Shown here: in pieces, positions 9,275-21,540 of the stretch | How positions within the stretch are numbered: the first letter of the stretch is position 1 | Layout of the letters: each line of letters opens with the position of its first letter | Assembly: GCA_965214095.1 (NCBI GenBank) | Contig: OZ243938.1 | Location: 1,568,001 to 1,632,000 of the forward strand | DNA from: Candidatus Poribacteria bacterium | Lineage (GTDB): Bacteria; Poribacteria; WGA-4E; WGA-3G | Direction of reading: 5' to 3' | DNA length: 64,000 nucleotides | Program-made: the position numbers and the translations under genes | The notes under the pieces: generated by a model | Told to the model about the DNA's origin: nothing | The model's input: only the letters and a program-made list of their open reading frames with translations | The model's database searches: none

Positions 9275-10063
9275 ATGCAAAAAGAGAATCGCGGGTTATC
9301 TGGTGCTAAAGCACTGCGACCCATCCCCGATAAATTAGTTGTCCTCACCTTTGATGACGGCAACAAGTCAGATTATACTAATGTTGCTCCTCTGTTAAAA
9401 CGATACGGTTTTGGAGCGACTTTTTTCATAACAGAAGGTCTCGGTTTTCTCAACAACAAAGATCACTATGTTACATGGGAAGAAATTCGTGAGTTACACG
9501 ATGAAGGTTTTGAGATAGGTAACCATACCCGTTATCATAATAACATCAACACACTATCACAGGAAGAGTTTTTGGAAGAATTGATCCACATTGACAATCG
9601 GTGTGAGGCGCATGAAATCCCTATTCCTGAGACCTTTGCTTATCCTGGAGACAGTCGTGGTCCAGAAGCGATAGAAGTATTGAAAGAAAAAGGCTATCCT
9701 TTCGCACGACGTGGTGTCGGACCAGATTTTCCCTATGACTTAGAAGGTGGACGCGGTCCTGCTTACGATCCGGATGTTCATCATCCGTTGGTTATTCCTT
9801 CAACAGGTGTCCCTGGTCCAAGCTATAAATTTGAGGACTTGGTTTGGGCAGTAGAACAAGCTAAGGATGGGAAAATCGCTGTCTTGACATTTCACGGTGT
9901 GCCTGCTCTTGAACACCCGTGGGTTGATACCCCACCTGAAGTGTTTGAGACCTACATGGATTATCTACGAGACAAAGAATGTACCGTTATTGCCTTGCGT
10001 GATTTGGCAAAATACGTTGATTCATCAAAAACAACAGGTAAAGACATAACATATTTTCCATAA
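9275..10063 (+). CDS. polysaccharide deacetylase (NodB/CE4) family protein, paralogue of 6660-7451
   Basis: Same motifs; long near-identical DNA blocks shared with the first copy. Confidence 0.9.
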   Translation: MQKENRGLSGAKALRPIPDKLVVLTFDDGNKSDYTNVAPLLKRYGFGATFFITEGLGFLNNKDHYVTWEEIRELHDEGFEIGNHTRYHNNINTLSQEEFLEELIHIDNRCEAHEIPIPETFAYPGDSRGPEAIEVLKEKGYPFARRGVGPDFPYDLEGGRGPAYDPDVHHPLVIPSTGVPGPSYKFEDLVWAVEQAKDGKIAVLTFHGVPALEHPWVDTPPEVFETYMDYLRDKECTVIALRDLAKYVDSSKTTGKDITYFP

Positions 10064-10238
10064 TAATACCCTGGTGGCACGATAGTAAAGAGTTGATCGA
10101 AACTACAAAGTTTGATGTCTATGACAACATTATCACCAAAACCACTGAAACTATAGACGATTAAATACCATAAAATACCATTTAATTTGCCAAAAAGCAT
10201 AATATTTTCAAAATATATGCTTTTTTTCTTATTTTAAT

Positions 10239-10267
10239 TTGACAAACGAATTTTAAGTGGGTATAAT
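10239..10267 (+). promoter_or_regulatory. rRNA sigma70 promoter
   Basis: TTGACA (10239-10244), 17-nt spacer, TATAAT (10262-10267), with AT-rich UP-like sequence upstream. Confidence 0.85.
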
Positions 10268-10301
10268 ATATCTTACCTTTCAACAATTTGGAAGGTGAAG
10301 T

Positions 10302-10313
10302 AGTTCTTTGAAA
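10302..10313 (+). promoter_or_regulatory. boxA antitermination site
   Basis: AGTTCTTTGAAA in the rRNA leader. Confidence 0.6.
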
Positions 10314-10389
10314 GTTAAATAGTGAACGTGACGTGCCTATTAATAGCTTGTGAGTACGCTTCAATTATTTGATGATGTACTTCAAAACT

Positions 10390-11948
<1,559 letters not shown>

Positions 11949-12060
11949 CAATTAACAAGGATATTCTCACACGATTTCCTTGTTCAAACGCTCTGAATCT
12001 TACAAGGCACTTACGACTTCCTATTTAACTTTCAATTGACTCTTTTTCTACCTTCTCTAA

Positions 12061-12134
12061 GGGCTTATAGCTCAGAAGGTTAGAGCGCGCGCCTGATAAG
12101 CGCGAGGTCCCTGGTTCGATTCCAGGTAAGCCCA
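12061..12134 (+). tRNA. tRNA-Ile (GAT), CCA not encoded
   Basis: GGGCTTA/TAAGCCC acceptor stem, anticodon arm CGCGC-CTGATAA-GCGCG, T-loop GGTTCGATTCC. Confidence 0.97.
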
Positions 12135-12370
12135 TCTCTATTACCATATCAACCAATCATTTTCATCTGATAAACAGCCAACCCAAACTCATTAGAGAAT
12201 AAATCCAAACACAGAATAAAGCGCAAAGTCTCTGTGTCCTCCAATTCTTTATTATTTACAAAACGATTTTCATGCTTTCTGTAACCTGATATACGTTTAT
12301 TTCGTAATTTTGCCACCTGAATTGGTTTCTTATGTTTCGGTCTATTAGAGCACGGAGGAGGGTTTAGCCT

Positions 12371-12991
12371 ATGGCGCGCCAAGCGAAGAACAAACTATCT
12401 GCTACCGAAGATACTTACTTAGCCACACAAGTCAAACAAGGGAATGAAGCAGCGTTTAGACAGTTGTTTGATAAACACTATGAGTGGGTCTATAGTAAGG
12501 CATATCGTATGCTAAAATACCACCATCAGGATGCAGAAGAGGTTAGTTTGGACGTATTTACTAAGGTCTGGGAAAAACTACAAGATAATAAATGGGACCC
12601 AAAGAAAGGAAGTTTTTGGGCTTGGCTAAATAAACTCGCGTTTAATACAATTGTTGATGCAATACGAAAAAGAGAACGGATTCGTGAATCGGTCCAAACC
12701 TATGAAGAACAGAATAACTTGCCGTTGAACCAGTACGAGGATGATGCCCCCGGGCCAGACAAACATATTATCGCTCAGGAAGCACAAGAAATATTAGAAA
12801 AGGCTCTTGAACAGGTCACAAGACCTAACCACCGTATTGCTTGGATATTACGACATTTAGAAGGATGTAGTGTCGCAGAGATTTCCCATATACTTAATAC
12901 AAAAGAAGGTACTGTGAAAATCTGGATTCACAGATGCACAATAGAACTCAGACAGATAATGGTCAACAATGGAATTACATGGATACAATAG
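12371..12991 (+). CDS. ECF-type sigma-70 RNA polymerase sigma factor
   Basis: Region 2 (GNEAAFRQLF...DAEEVSLDVF...SFWAWLNKLAFN) and region 4 (LEGCSVAEISHILNTKEGTVK); GGAGG RBS. Confidence 0.9.
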   Translation: MARQAKNKLSATEDTYLATQVKQGNEAAFRQLFDKHYEWVYSKAYRMLKYHHQDAEEVSLDVFTKVWEKLQDNKWDPKKGSFWAWLNKLAFNTIVDAIRKRERIRESVQTYEEQNNLPLNQYEDDAPGPDKHIIAQEAQEILEKALEQVTRPNHRIAWILRHLEGCSVAEISHILNTKEGTVKIWIHRCTIELRQIMVNNGITWIQ

Positions 12992-13019
12992 TACTCTGTC
13001 CATTTTTTGTATTGTCCGT

Positions 13020-13090
13020 TGGGGAGAGAAACGACACCCGACTTTCTTTATGATAAGGGGCTGCATGTTGGGTGTCGTCCCTCTACCCCA
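13020..13090. repeat. long imperfect inverted repeat (REP/REPIN-like hairpin)
   Basis: TGGGGAGAGAAACGACACCCGAC versus reverse complement TGGGGTAGAGGGACGACACCCAAC. Confidence 0.6.
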
Positions 13091-13118
13091 TTGAACAACG
13101 TTATTGAAGGAGATAATC

Positions 13119-15179
13119 GTGCCAGACAAAACCACTTCAAACCTAATACTTAGACCACTTAACGACACAGATGTTACAACTTGGGAACTCCCCGAAGGTG
13201 CAATTACCCGATTGGGACGGGGTAGACTGGTGAATATATCATTTTCACCTGATGGGAAGTATCTTGCTGTAGCAACTCCTATCGGATGTTGGTTGTATGA
13301 CCTACCCACGCTTACCCCTCGCTCATTGATTGAAACGGAACGCGGAATGCTTACGAAAATTGCTTTTTCTCGTGATGGACGGTGGATTGCTACGGGCAAC
13401 GCGGATGGTATCGTTAAGGTATGGGACACAGATACCTCACAGTGTCTTGCCAAAATAGATTACCACAAGATAATGGGAGGACCGTTGGGTTATTGTGATT
13501 TGAACTTTTCGGAGGATGGCAAATATCTTGCTGTGTCCAGCTCCAGTGGGTGTGCTGTCTTCACTTGGCACACAAATACTGATGAACCCATAGCACAGTT
13601 CTCGATTGATGCAGCAGATACGAATGGAAAACGCGTTCCTATCTACTTATCTCCTAACAGGAATATGTTTGCATACGTATCTTCTGTGTCTCCCATGACT
13701 ACAATAATGATTAAAGATATTGACACCGGTGAACATATTACAGACTATAGTTGTCCAGCACTTTATGCATTCACAGGTCTTGTATTTTCACCGTGTGGTC
13801 AGTATCTTGCATCTGTACATCAGAACGGCAATGTGCAGGTGCGTAATATTGACAATGCCACATCGGAGATAGTACATACCTTATCAGATGCGACTTCTGT
13901 GAGACTTGCGTATACGTCTGTTGGTGCATTGCGTATTGCTGAAATTCATGAGGAAAAAGTTGTAATTTGGGATACGGAGCAGTTTCAGAAGGTAGGTACA
14001 TTGGAATTTGAGAGACACGGAAGGAAAATATTTCGATTTTCGGACGATGGAACACATTTCGTAATCGCTAATTCACGCGAATTCCAAGTATGGAGGGATG
14101 GCGGATTGATTAAAGTTGTGTCTATGTCTGCTGCACATATAGGTATTATTAGATGGGTACGTTTTTCTCAACAGAAAAAGACACTAATTAGTGGACACGG
14201 ACCAAGTAATATGTTCTGGTCTTTAGAGGATCACCAGTTACAACATATCTTCTATCCCAAAACAGAGGGTTACTTTTTGGGAAGAAGTAGCGTCTTATCA
14301 CCTTGTGAAGAATCTCTTGCTACCCCTATTTTAGGTATCCGCAATAGCAACGACATCGCTATTACAATTTGGCATATTACATCTGGCACCTTAATTGCTG
14401 AGATGACTGGACATGAAAGACATGTCGTCCAGATGGCGTATTCACCGTCTGGAGACTTTTTAGTTAGTGCATCGTCACTTGGTGAGCTCATTGTATGGGA
14501 CACGCAGTTTTGGGAAAAGCGTCACGAACTTATAGGACATACTAAAGATATTACGAGTGTCTTTTTTCACCCTGATGGGAAGCAGCTTGTCACCGCGTCC
14601 AATGACAGGACTGCACGAGTCTGGAATGTTGAGAATGGTGAACAGGTCGGTTCACTTCCTTTAGACACAATCATAAAAGATATATCCCTTTATAGAGGTG
14701 GATCCCAAGAAATCCAGGCGTTAATAAAATGGAAACAGCAATTGGAGTCTGAGCAGTCAACTGATCAAACCATTTGTTCTGATATCCGGTTTTCTCCGTG
14801 CGGTACACTCATCGCCGGTAGGTTATATCGGCGCGGTAAATGGAAGAAGAAAATGGCAAATGAGATTAGACTTTGGGATGCAGCAACCTTAGAAATACGA
14901 ATGACGATACTGCTCCCTGCAGATGATTCCCTTACACGTGCGCTTACATTTTCACCATGCAGCCGCTACCTTGCCTCTGGAACGTGGTGGAAAAAAGGTT
15001 TAGAGAAGATGCGAATAAGGTTATGGGAGGTTGCGAGTGGGGAAAATATTGCTACCTTCTGGGGACATCCAACAGATATTCATGACCTGGCATTTTCACC
15101 TGATGGTTCGCTTCTCGCAAGTGGTAGTTATGATGGGACTATCCTCTTGTGGGACATGAAACCTTTTATTAACTCTTAG
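13119..15179 (+). CDS. WD40 repeat protein, array copy 1
   Basis: GTG start after AGGAG; DVTTWELPEGAITRLGRG, multiple FSxxG...WD blades, terminal GH...FSPDG..LASGSYDGTILLWDMKPF. Confidence 0.92.
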   Translation: MPDKTTSNLILRPLNDTDVTTWELPEGAITRLGRGRLVNISFSPDGKYLAVATPIGCWLYDLPTLTPRSLIETERGMLTKIAFSRDGRWIATGNADGIVKVWDTDTSQCLAKIDYHKIMGGPLGYCDLNFSEDGKYLAVSSSSGCAVFTWHTNTDEPIAQFSIDAADTNGKRVPIYLSPNRNMFAYVSSVSPMTTIMIKDIDTGEHITDYSCPALYAFTGLVFSPCGQYLASVHQNGNVQVRNIDNATSEIVHTLSDATSVRLAYTSVGALRIAEIHEEKVVIWDTEQFQKVGTLEFERHGRKIFRFSDDGTHFVIANSREFQVWRDGGLIKVVSMSAAHIGIIRWVRFSQQKKTLISGHGPSNMFWSLEDHQLQHIFYPKTEGYFLGRSSVLSPCEESLATPILGIRNSNDIAITIWHITSGTLIAEMTGHERHVVQMAYSPSGDFLVSASSLGELIVWDTQFWEKRHELIGHTKDITSVFFHPDGKQLVTASNDRTARVWNVENGEQVGSLPLDTIIKDISLYRGGSQEIQALIKWKQQLESEQSTDQTICSDIRFSPCGTLIAGRLYRRGKWKKKMANEIRLWDAATLEIRMTILLPADDSLTRALTFSPCSRYLASGTWWKKGLEKMRIRLWEVASGENIATFWGHPTDIHDLAFSPDGSLLASGSYDGTILLWDMKPFINS

Positions 15180-15314
15180 ACATTCCTTATCAATTCATTT
15201 ATAGCATTGCGATACCTGTTGCATTACACAACTCTGTCAGTCAATTTTACATAATATATCAGAGCATGAAGTTACCGAGTCTTGCATCTCATATACCAAT
15301 AAAGGAGATAATTT

Positions 15315-17285
15315 TTGAAAAACAGAGAACCCATAACACCTTCAATTAGACCTATCCACGACACGGATGTAACAACATGGGAACTCCCCGAAGGGGCAAT
15401 TGCCCGGTTGGGGCGGGGTGGAATTATGGGTAATATCATTCACGCACCTGATGGAAAGCACTTTGTTGTTCCAAGTTCCATAGGAGTCTGGTGGTACAAT
15501 ATATCTACAATGACACCTAATGCACTAATGGACACAGACAGAGGATACATTACTGCTATCTCATTTTCTCCAAATGGTAAAAGGCTTGCAACAGGTGATG
15601 GAGACGGTCTGGTCAAAGTATGGGATGTACAGAATGGTGTCAACATCGCGCAGATGGATCGGGATGAAAATGAGAAACCCTACCATTGTGTTTCCCGATT
15701 CGCATTTTCATCTGATAGTCAGTTTATTGCAGCTTCCAGTTTCCGTGATTATATCCTATACATCTGGAACACTGAAACGGGCAAACAAATTGGCAAATTC
15801 CACGATAATACCAATTATAGGTGGTGGCCTACTCTGCTACGTCCTATTGCCTTCTCTCCGGATGGCAGTTTGATAGCGTGTACAATGCCTGATGAGGGTC
15901 TATTCGCACATGCAGATCGTCGTGGAACGATCCGTACTCCCAATCATTCTTCCAACTATATTTCTGTATGGAATATAAAAACAAGTGAACAAATAGCATG
16001 TATTACAGAACATCCTGATTTTGTTAATAGTATTGTCTTTTCTCCTTGTGGAAAGTTTCTTATCTCTGGAGGAAGAGATGGAACAGTGAGGGTGTGGTCA
16101 GTTGAAACTTGGAAGATGCTCCATTCATTTAATAATCTTGGAACAGAACGGAAACAACTCTTCTATTCACCTAAAAGTGAATTGTTTGCTAAAGAAGCCT
16201 CTAAGGATAATTTCACTGTATGGAATGTATATGAAGGTCAAAAAACCGACACATACCTTGAAGAACATCGAAATATTCAAATCCCATATTCCACAAAGGA
16301 AGCACCATTTATTGTAGCCGATGAGAACGAATTTAGAGTGTGGAAAGTCGGTGATACTCAACCACATACTTTTGTTCATTCACACATAGAATTCTCTGAT
16401 TCAGTAGTATTCACAGAGGATGGAAAAACACTCGCAGGGGCAATTCGAGAAAATGGTATTATGTTGTGGGATATGACTAAACCATCATTTCCGCTAACAC
16501 ATTTGAATATATCTGGTAACAAGAAAATTGTTTCTTCGTTTGGTTCAGAAAAGATTTCTGTTATGGGTATAGAGGGGAACGCAGCTAAAGTATGGGTGTC
16601 TGGAGAGAGTCAACCAAGACATATATTCACACTTCCTAACGGAAAAGAAGAAGCGACATCAGCAGCATTCGCACAGGTAGAGAACCTGTTAGTTTGCAGT
16701 GGAACACAAAATAAACTCTACATATGGAACACTCAAACGAAAGAAATATTACATACACTCACACCAGATTTATCGGATGAAGATTCCATAGCATATTTGG
16801 AATTTAGTCCAGATGCAAAACTACTTTTCAGTGTCTCGGGACGGGGTCCCAGAACCTATCTATGGCAAGTTGAAACAGGAGAGATAATTGATACTTTCAC
16901 CTATAATACCAGAGTCATTACTTTTTCCCCATGTAGTTCAATAATAGCTTGTGCAGTACCCCCAGGAATTATATTATGGGATGTAAATCGTTCTGAAACC
17001 GTCATCGCAATGCCTGAGAAGGAAGAAGATTTTCTTGTAGCATTGTCATTTTCTCCATGCGGAAGATATTTAGTTTCCGGTTCAAATTGGCAGCAACGTA
17101 TGAATATAAAGAAAGTGGCTATTCGGTTATGGGAGGTTGCAAGTGGCAAAAACATTGCCACTTTTAGAGGACACCCAACTGATATTCAGTCATTGGCTTT
17201 CTCCCCAGATGGTAAACTGTTAGCCAGCGCAAGTTTTGATGGTACCATCCTCCTCTGGGATATGAAACCCTTTATTAACTCTTAG
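15315..17285 (+). CDS. WD40 repeat protein, array copy 2
   Basis: Same conserved termini; AAGGAG RBS, TTG start. Confidence 0.92.
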   Translation: MKNREPITPSIRPIHDTDVTTWELPEGAIARLGRGGIMGNIIHAPDGKHFVVPSSIGVWWYNISTMTPNALMDTDRGYITAISFSPNGKRLATGDGDGLVKVWDVQNGVNIAQMDRDENEKPYHCVSRFAFSSDSQFIAASSFRDYILYIWNTETGKQIGKFHDNTNYRWWPTLLRPIAFSPDGSLIACTMPDEGLFAHADRRGTIRTPNHSSNYISVWNIKTSEQIACITEHPDFVNSIVFSPCGKFLISGGRDGTVRVWSVETWKMLHSFNNLGTERKQLFYSPKSELFAKEASKDNFTVWNVYEGQKTDTYLEEHRNIQIPYSTKEAPFIVADENEFRVWKVGDTQPHTFVHSHIEFSDSVVFTEDGKTLAGAIRENGIMLWDMTKPSFPLTHLNISGNKKIVSSFGSEKISVMGIEGNAAKVWVSGESQPRHIFTLPNGKEEATSAAFAQVENLLVCSGTQNKLYIWNTQTKEILHTLTPDLSDEDSIAYLEFSPDAKLLFSVSGRGPRTYLWQVETGEIIDTFTYNTRVITFSPCSSIIACAVPPGIILWDVNRSETVIAMPEKEEDFLVALSFSPCGRYLVSGSNWQQRMNIKKVAIRLWEVASGKNIATFRGHPTDIQSLAFSPDGKLLASASFDGTILLWDMKPFINS

Positions 17286-17423
17286 ACATTCCTTATCAAT
17301 TCATTTATAGCATAGCATAACAATACCGGTTGGATTACACAACTCTATCAGTCAATTTCACATTACATATCGTAGTGCGAAGTTACCGAACCTCGCAAGC
17401 CATAAAACAATAAAGGAGAATTG

Positions 17424-19418
17424 ATGGAAACCACAAAAACACAAACAACCACCCCTTTTCACTTTGATGATAGCAAAGTATGTAATTGGACACTTCCCGA
17501 AGGTGCAATCGCTCGATTAGGACGTGGAAGTGTACGTGATATGGAATTTTCACCGGATGGACAGTACTTCGCTGTTGGAACAACAATAGGACTTTGGATG
17601 TATCAACTTTCAACACTTTCCCCAATCACGCTCTGGGAAACTGATAGAGGATATATTGAAAGTGTTACATTCTCACCTGATGGTCGATGGATTGCTTCAA
17701 CTACACTTAACGAAGCACTCAGGGTGTGGGATATCCAGAACAAGAGTTGTATTACTGAGATGGAATTTAAGGAGAAACATACCAATTTCGGAATTGACAA
17801 ACCTGTTTTTTCCGCAGATGGAGACTGTCTTGTTGCATTTAATGTGAACAACAAGGTTTATTTTTTGTGTCCTCGCACCGGTACGAAAATGAGAGAAACA
17901 GAAATCAAAGTAAATGGAACAGAAAACGAAACAATTGATGGGATCTATCCCACTTGTTTTTCTCCGGATATCAGTTTGTTGGCAGGTGCGTGTTGCGATC
18001 ATAGAAACCGTACCGTTGAATTCATTGCACTGTGGGATGTGGAGACAGGTGAACAAGTCACTCGTCTTGAATGGACTGAAAGATGGGGTAACCTCTGTTT
18101 TTCACCGTGTGGAAGGTTTCTTGCTGCCGGCAGTTCAGAGGGTAAAATTCATGTGTGGGATGTGGAAAGTGGAAGTCTGATTGCAAGCTATTCTGACTAT
18201 GGAGATGCACGGATGACACCACATTATCCCTCGGAAGGTGGATTGATTGCAACTATGGTTTTTCCATCTGAACCCAAAATTGAAGTCTGGGATTTAGAAA
18301 GAAACGAAAAAATGGCGACGTTCGAAAAAGGGAGCAAACATAGTTTTGTCCGTTTTTCGAAAGATGACACAAAATTTGCATATACTGATGATGGGGAAAT
18401 CAAATTCTGGACAAAAGAAAAACCCATCTCGAAATTACTGCCGAGTATTAAAGGACATACACGTCCAGTCAGTTCATTAGTCTATGCAACAGATGAGAAA
18501 ACGCTTGTGGCTACGTACTGGGGGTGGAAAGCACTTTTTTGGGATGTTCCACGCAGACGAGGACAACGTCCAACTGGAACAGATTTACCCACAAGTAAAA
18601 CACTTCATCTCTATCAGGACAATGAGGGGAAAGTATATGCAACGGGTGGAGACAGTGCCTACCTAAGAGTGTGGAAGAATGGCAATAGTGAATCAATCAC
18701 CGATATTCCAATACATGAGCAAAAACTGCAATCAATCACAGGTAGTGAGGCGTTCGCATTAACAGCAGACCGGATAGCGCGGGCAGATAGAGATCATAAC
18801 ATCTATGTATGGATGTGTAAATCGAAATCAAATAGTAGTGATAATAAAAAGGACTGGATATTGCAAGTAAATCTGACCGGACATACAGAATACATTGAAG
18901 CTTTGGCATTTAGTCCTGACGCAAAACAACTCGTGAGTATATCGCGAGATAAAACTGCCAGATTATGGGATGTTGAATCAGGAGAACAGATCATACAACT
19001 ACCTTTAACCCCGCCTTCAAGTCCCAGACGATACCGAAGTTATGACAGAGGTATTACATTTTCACCTCGTGGAGACTTAATTGCAGGTGGACAGTGGGGA
19101 GAGATAGTGCTGTGGAATGCGACAGATGGAAAAATCTATAGGACAATTCCACAACCAGAAGGAAATCAGCGACCGATTACATTATGTTTTTCACCATGTG
19201 GGGAGTATCTCCTTTCCGGTTCATGGTGGCAAGGTGGTTTGCAGAAAGTGCCTATCCGTTTGTGGAAAGTAGCGACAGGTGAGAATATTGCCACGTTTTC
19301 TGGACACACTACAGACGTTCAGTGTTTTGCATTTAATCAGGATTGCACTGTTCTCGCCAGCGGTGGATATGATGGGGTAATATTCCTCTGGGATTTGAAA
19401 CCGTATATCAATTCATAA
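17424..19418 (+). CDS. WD40 repeat protein, array copy 3
   Basis: WTLPEGAIARLGRG...GHTTDVQCFAF; close paralogue of copy 4. Confidence 0.92.
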   Translation: METTKTQTTTPFHFDDSKVCNWTLPEGAIARLGRGSVRDMEFSPDGQYFAVGTTIGLWMYQLSTLSPITLWETDRGYIESVTFSPDGRWIASTTLNEALRVWDIQNKSCITEMEFKEKHTNFGIDKPVFSADGDCLVAFNVNNKVYFLCPRTGTKMRETEIKVNGTENETIDGIYPTCFSPDISLLAGACCDHRNRTVEFIALWDVETGEQVTRLEWTERWGNLCFSPCGRFLAAGSSEGKIHVWDVESGSLIASYSDYGDARMTPHYPSEGGLIATMVFPSEPKIEVWDLERNEKMATFEKGSKHSFVRFSKDDTKFAYTDDGEIKFWTKEKPISKLLPSIKGHTRPVSSLVYATDEKTLVATYWGWKALFWDVPRRRGQRPTGTDLPTSKTLHLYQDNEGKVYATGGDSAYLRVWKNGNSESITDIPIHEQKLQSITGSEAFALTADRIARADRDHNIYVWMCKSKSNSSDNKKDWILQVNLTGHTEYIEALAFSPDAKQLVSISRDKTARLWDVESGEQIIQLPLTPPSSPRRYRSYDRGITFSPRGDLIAGGQWGEIVLWNATDGKIYRTIPQPEGNQRPITLCFSPCGEYLLSGSWWQGGLQKVPIRLWKVATGENIATFSGHTTDVQCFAFNQDCTVLASGGYDGVIFLWDLKPYINS

Positions 19419-19512
19419 CATTCCTCGTCAATTCTCTTGGTCAAATTCGCAATTCATCTCAACGTGCAAGATTAACGAATCTCGCCATTTATTAGAGTAA
19501 GGAGACATCATT

Positions 19513-21522
19513 ATGAAAAATGAAACCACATCAACCCCAGTACTTAGACCACATGATGACACAGATGTAACAACATGGGAACTGCCCGAAGGGGCAATTG
19601 CTCGATTGGGACGGGGTGGTCTGAGGGATATGGCATTTTCACCAGATGGACATCATTTTGCAGTCGGAACGAACATAGGACTCTGGATATACGAACTTTC
19701 CACGCTGTCCCCGATCGCGCTGTGGGAAACGGATAGGGGATATATTGATAGTGTTACATTTTCACCAGATGCTCAATGGCTTGCCGCATATACATATCAG
19801 CAAGCACTCAGAGTATGGGACATCCAAAATCAAGTGTGTGTTGCAGAGATGGAGTTGCCGAAAGGACGAAAAGGGCAGATTCGTTTGTCTAATATGAAAC
19901 CGATCTTTTCTCAAGATGGAGAAGAACTCTTCGCTTTCAATTATTTCATCGGGAGGGTTTATATCTGGTGTCCACGAACTGGCGCGTTAAAAAATGAAAT
20001 AGAGATAAAATTAAGTGATACTGACATCAAATCCATAAATGCCATCTATCCAAGCTACTTTTCTCCAGATTTGAGTTTGTTGGCAGGCACTTGTTACGAT
20101 CATAGTGACCGTACCGCTGAATTCATTGCAGTGTGGCAGGTAGAAACGGGAGAACAAATCGCTCGTCTTGATTGGACTGAAAGGTGGGGTCGTCATTGCT
20201 TTTCGCCGTGTGGACGATTTTTTGCTACCACTGGCTCAGAAGGAAGATTACATGTGTGGAACGTGGAGACTGGAAACCTTGAGGAAACCTATACCGATCA
20301 CGAGGATACTCAAATACATCCATATTATACACCGGAAGGTGAATTAATAGCCGCGGTAGTCTTTCCATCTCAGCCTAAACTTGAAGTCTGGAATTTAAAA
20401 AAAGGTGAAAAAATTGACACATGTGAACATCAGAGTCAGGGAAGTTCTGTTCGTTTTTCGACGAGTGGTACACAATTCGCCTACACTGATAGAGGTGAAA
20501 TCAAAATCTGGATAGAAGGTAGCCCCATCGCTCAAGCATGCCCGACTATTCAGGGGCACACTGGGACTGTCGGTTCATTAGTCTTCGCACCGGATAAAAA
20601 AACGTTAGTGACTGCCTACTGGGGTAGGAACACGGTTTTATGGGATGTTTCAAGTCAGTGTGCCCGATATCCAACCGAAAAAGAACTACCCAATAGTATA
20701 CGTGATGTTTACCCGACTTCAATCGGGACAATCTTTGCTGTTGGCGGAGACGAAAAAACATTAGAAGTATGTGAGTTTGGAAGCGGTGAATCCATCGCTG
20801 AAATTCCTATTCCTGAATCCGGGTTGTTATTGGGAACGGGGACCGATGCGTCAGCACTGACAGCTCAACGGTTGGCACGTGCTGGTAAAGATCGCAACAT
20901 CTATGTGTGGGAGTACACACCTTCATCTAATGAAATAAACGAAGGAGGAAACTGGGAAAAGTGTGCCGTCCTTATAGGACACGCAGAATATGTTAATGCG
21001 TTGGCATTGAGTCCCGATGGAAAGCGGCTCGCAAGTATCCCTATAGTGCGTCGTCCACAAAAACGAACCGCTCTATTATGGGATGTTGATGCTGAAGAAC
21101 AGATTACTCAGTTACCCCTAACTACACCGGAACGGGGAGGATATAACAGTTACCAGACGGGGATAACGTTTTCACCAGATGGTAACATAATCGCTGGTGG
21201 ATTTTGGAACGAGATTGTTTTGTGGGATGCAACAGATGGAAAAACGCTTATGACGATTCCTCAATCGGAAGAGAATCAGCGACCAATTACACTTCGTTTC
21301 ACGCCGTGCGGCCAATATTTGGTTGCGGGTGCTTGGTGGAAAGGTGGACTAAAAAAGACATCCATCTGTTTATGGGAAGTCGCAACAGGTAAGAGGATCA
21401 CCACGTTTAAGGGACATACCACTGATGTACAGTGCTTTGCATTTTCGCAGGACTGTACCGTTCTTGCAAGTGGTGGACATGATGGTGCGATTTACCTTTG
21501 GGATCTGAAACCTTATCTGTAG
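19513..21522 (+). CDS. WD40 repeat protein, array copy 4
   Basis: Same conserved termini; paralogue of copy 3. Confidence 0.92.
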   Translation: MKNETTSTPVLRPHDDTDVTTWELPEGAIARLGRGGLRDMAFSPDGHHFAVGTNIGLWIYELSTLSPIALWETDRGYIDSVTFSPDAQWLAAYTYQQALRVWDIQNQVCVAEMELPKGRKGQIRLSNMKPIFSQDGEELFAFNYFIGRVYIWCPRTGALKNEIEIKLSDTDIKSINAIYPSYFSPDLSLLAGTCYDHSDRTAEFIAVWQVETGEQIARLDWTERWGRHCFSPCGRFFATTGSEGRLHVWNVETGNLEETYTDHEDTQIHPYYTPEGELIAAVVFPSQPKLEVWNLKKGEKIDTCEHQSQGSSVRFSTSGTQFAYTDRGEIKIWIEGSPIAQACPTIQGHTGTVGSLVFAPDKKTLVTAYWGRNTVLWDVSSQCARYPTEKELPNSIRDVYPTSIGTIFAVGGDEKTLEVCEFGSGESIAEIPIPESGLLLGTGTDASALTAQRLARAGKDRNIYVWEYTPSSNEINEGGNWEKCAVLIGHAEYVNALALSPDGKRLASIPIVRRPQKRTALLWDVDAEEQITQLPLTTPERGGYNSYQTGITFSPDGNIIAGGFWNEIVLWDATDGKTLMTIPQSEENQRPITLRFTPCGQYLVAGAWWKGGLKKTSICLWEVATGKRITTFKGHTTDVQCFAFSQDCTVLASGGHDGAIYLWDLKPYL

Positions 21523-21540
21523 AATACAAGGAGATGTTTT

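Noticed and set aside
12110-12134. tRNA-Ile as integration site of a WD40 island
   Set aside because: I found no second copy of the tRNA 3' end and no integrase in the window. It cannot be excluded outside the window.
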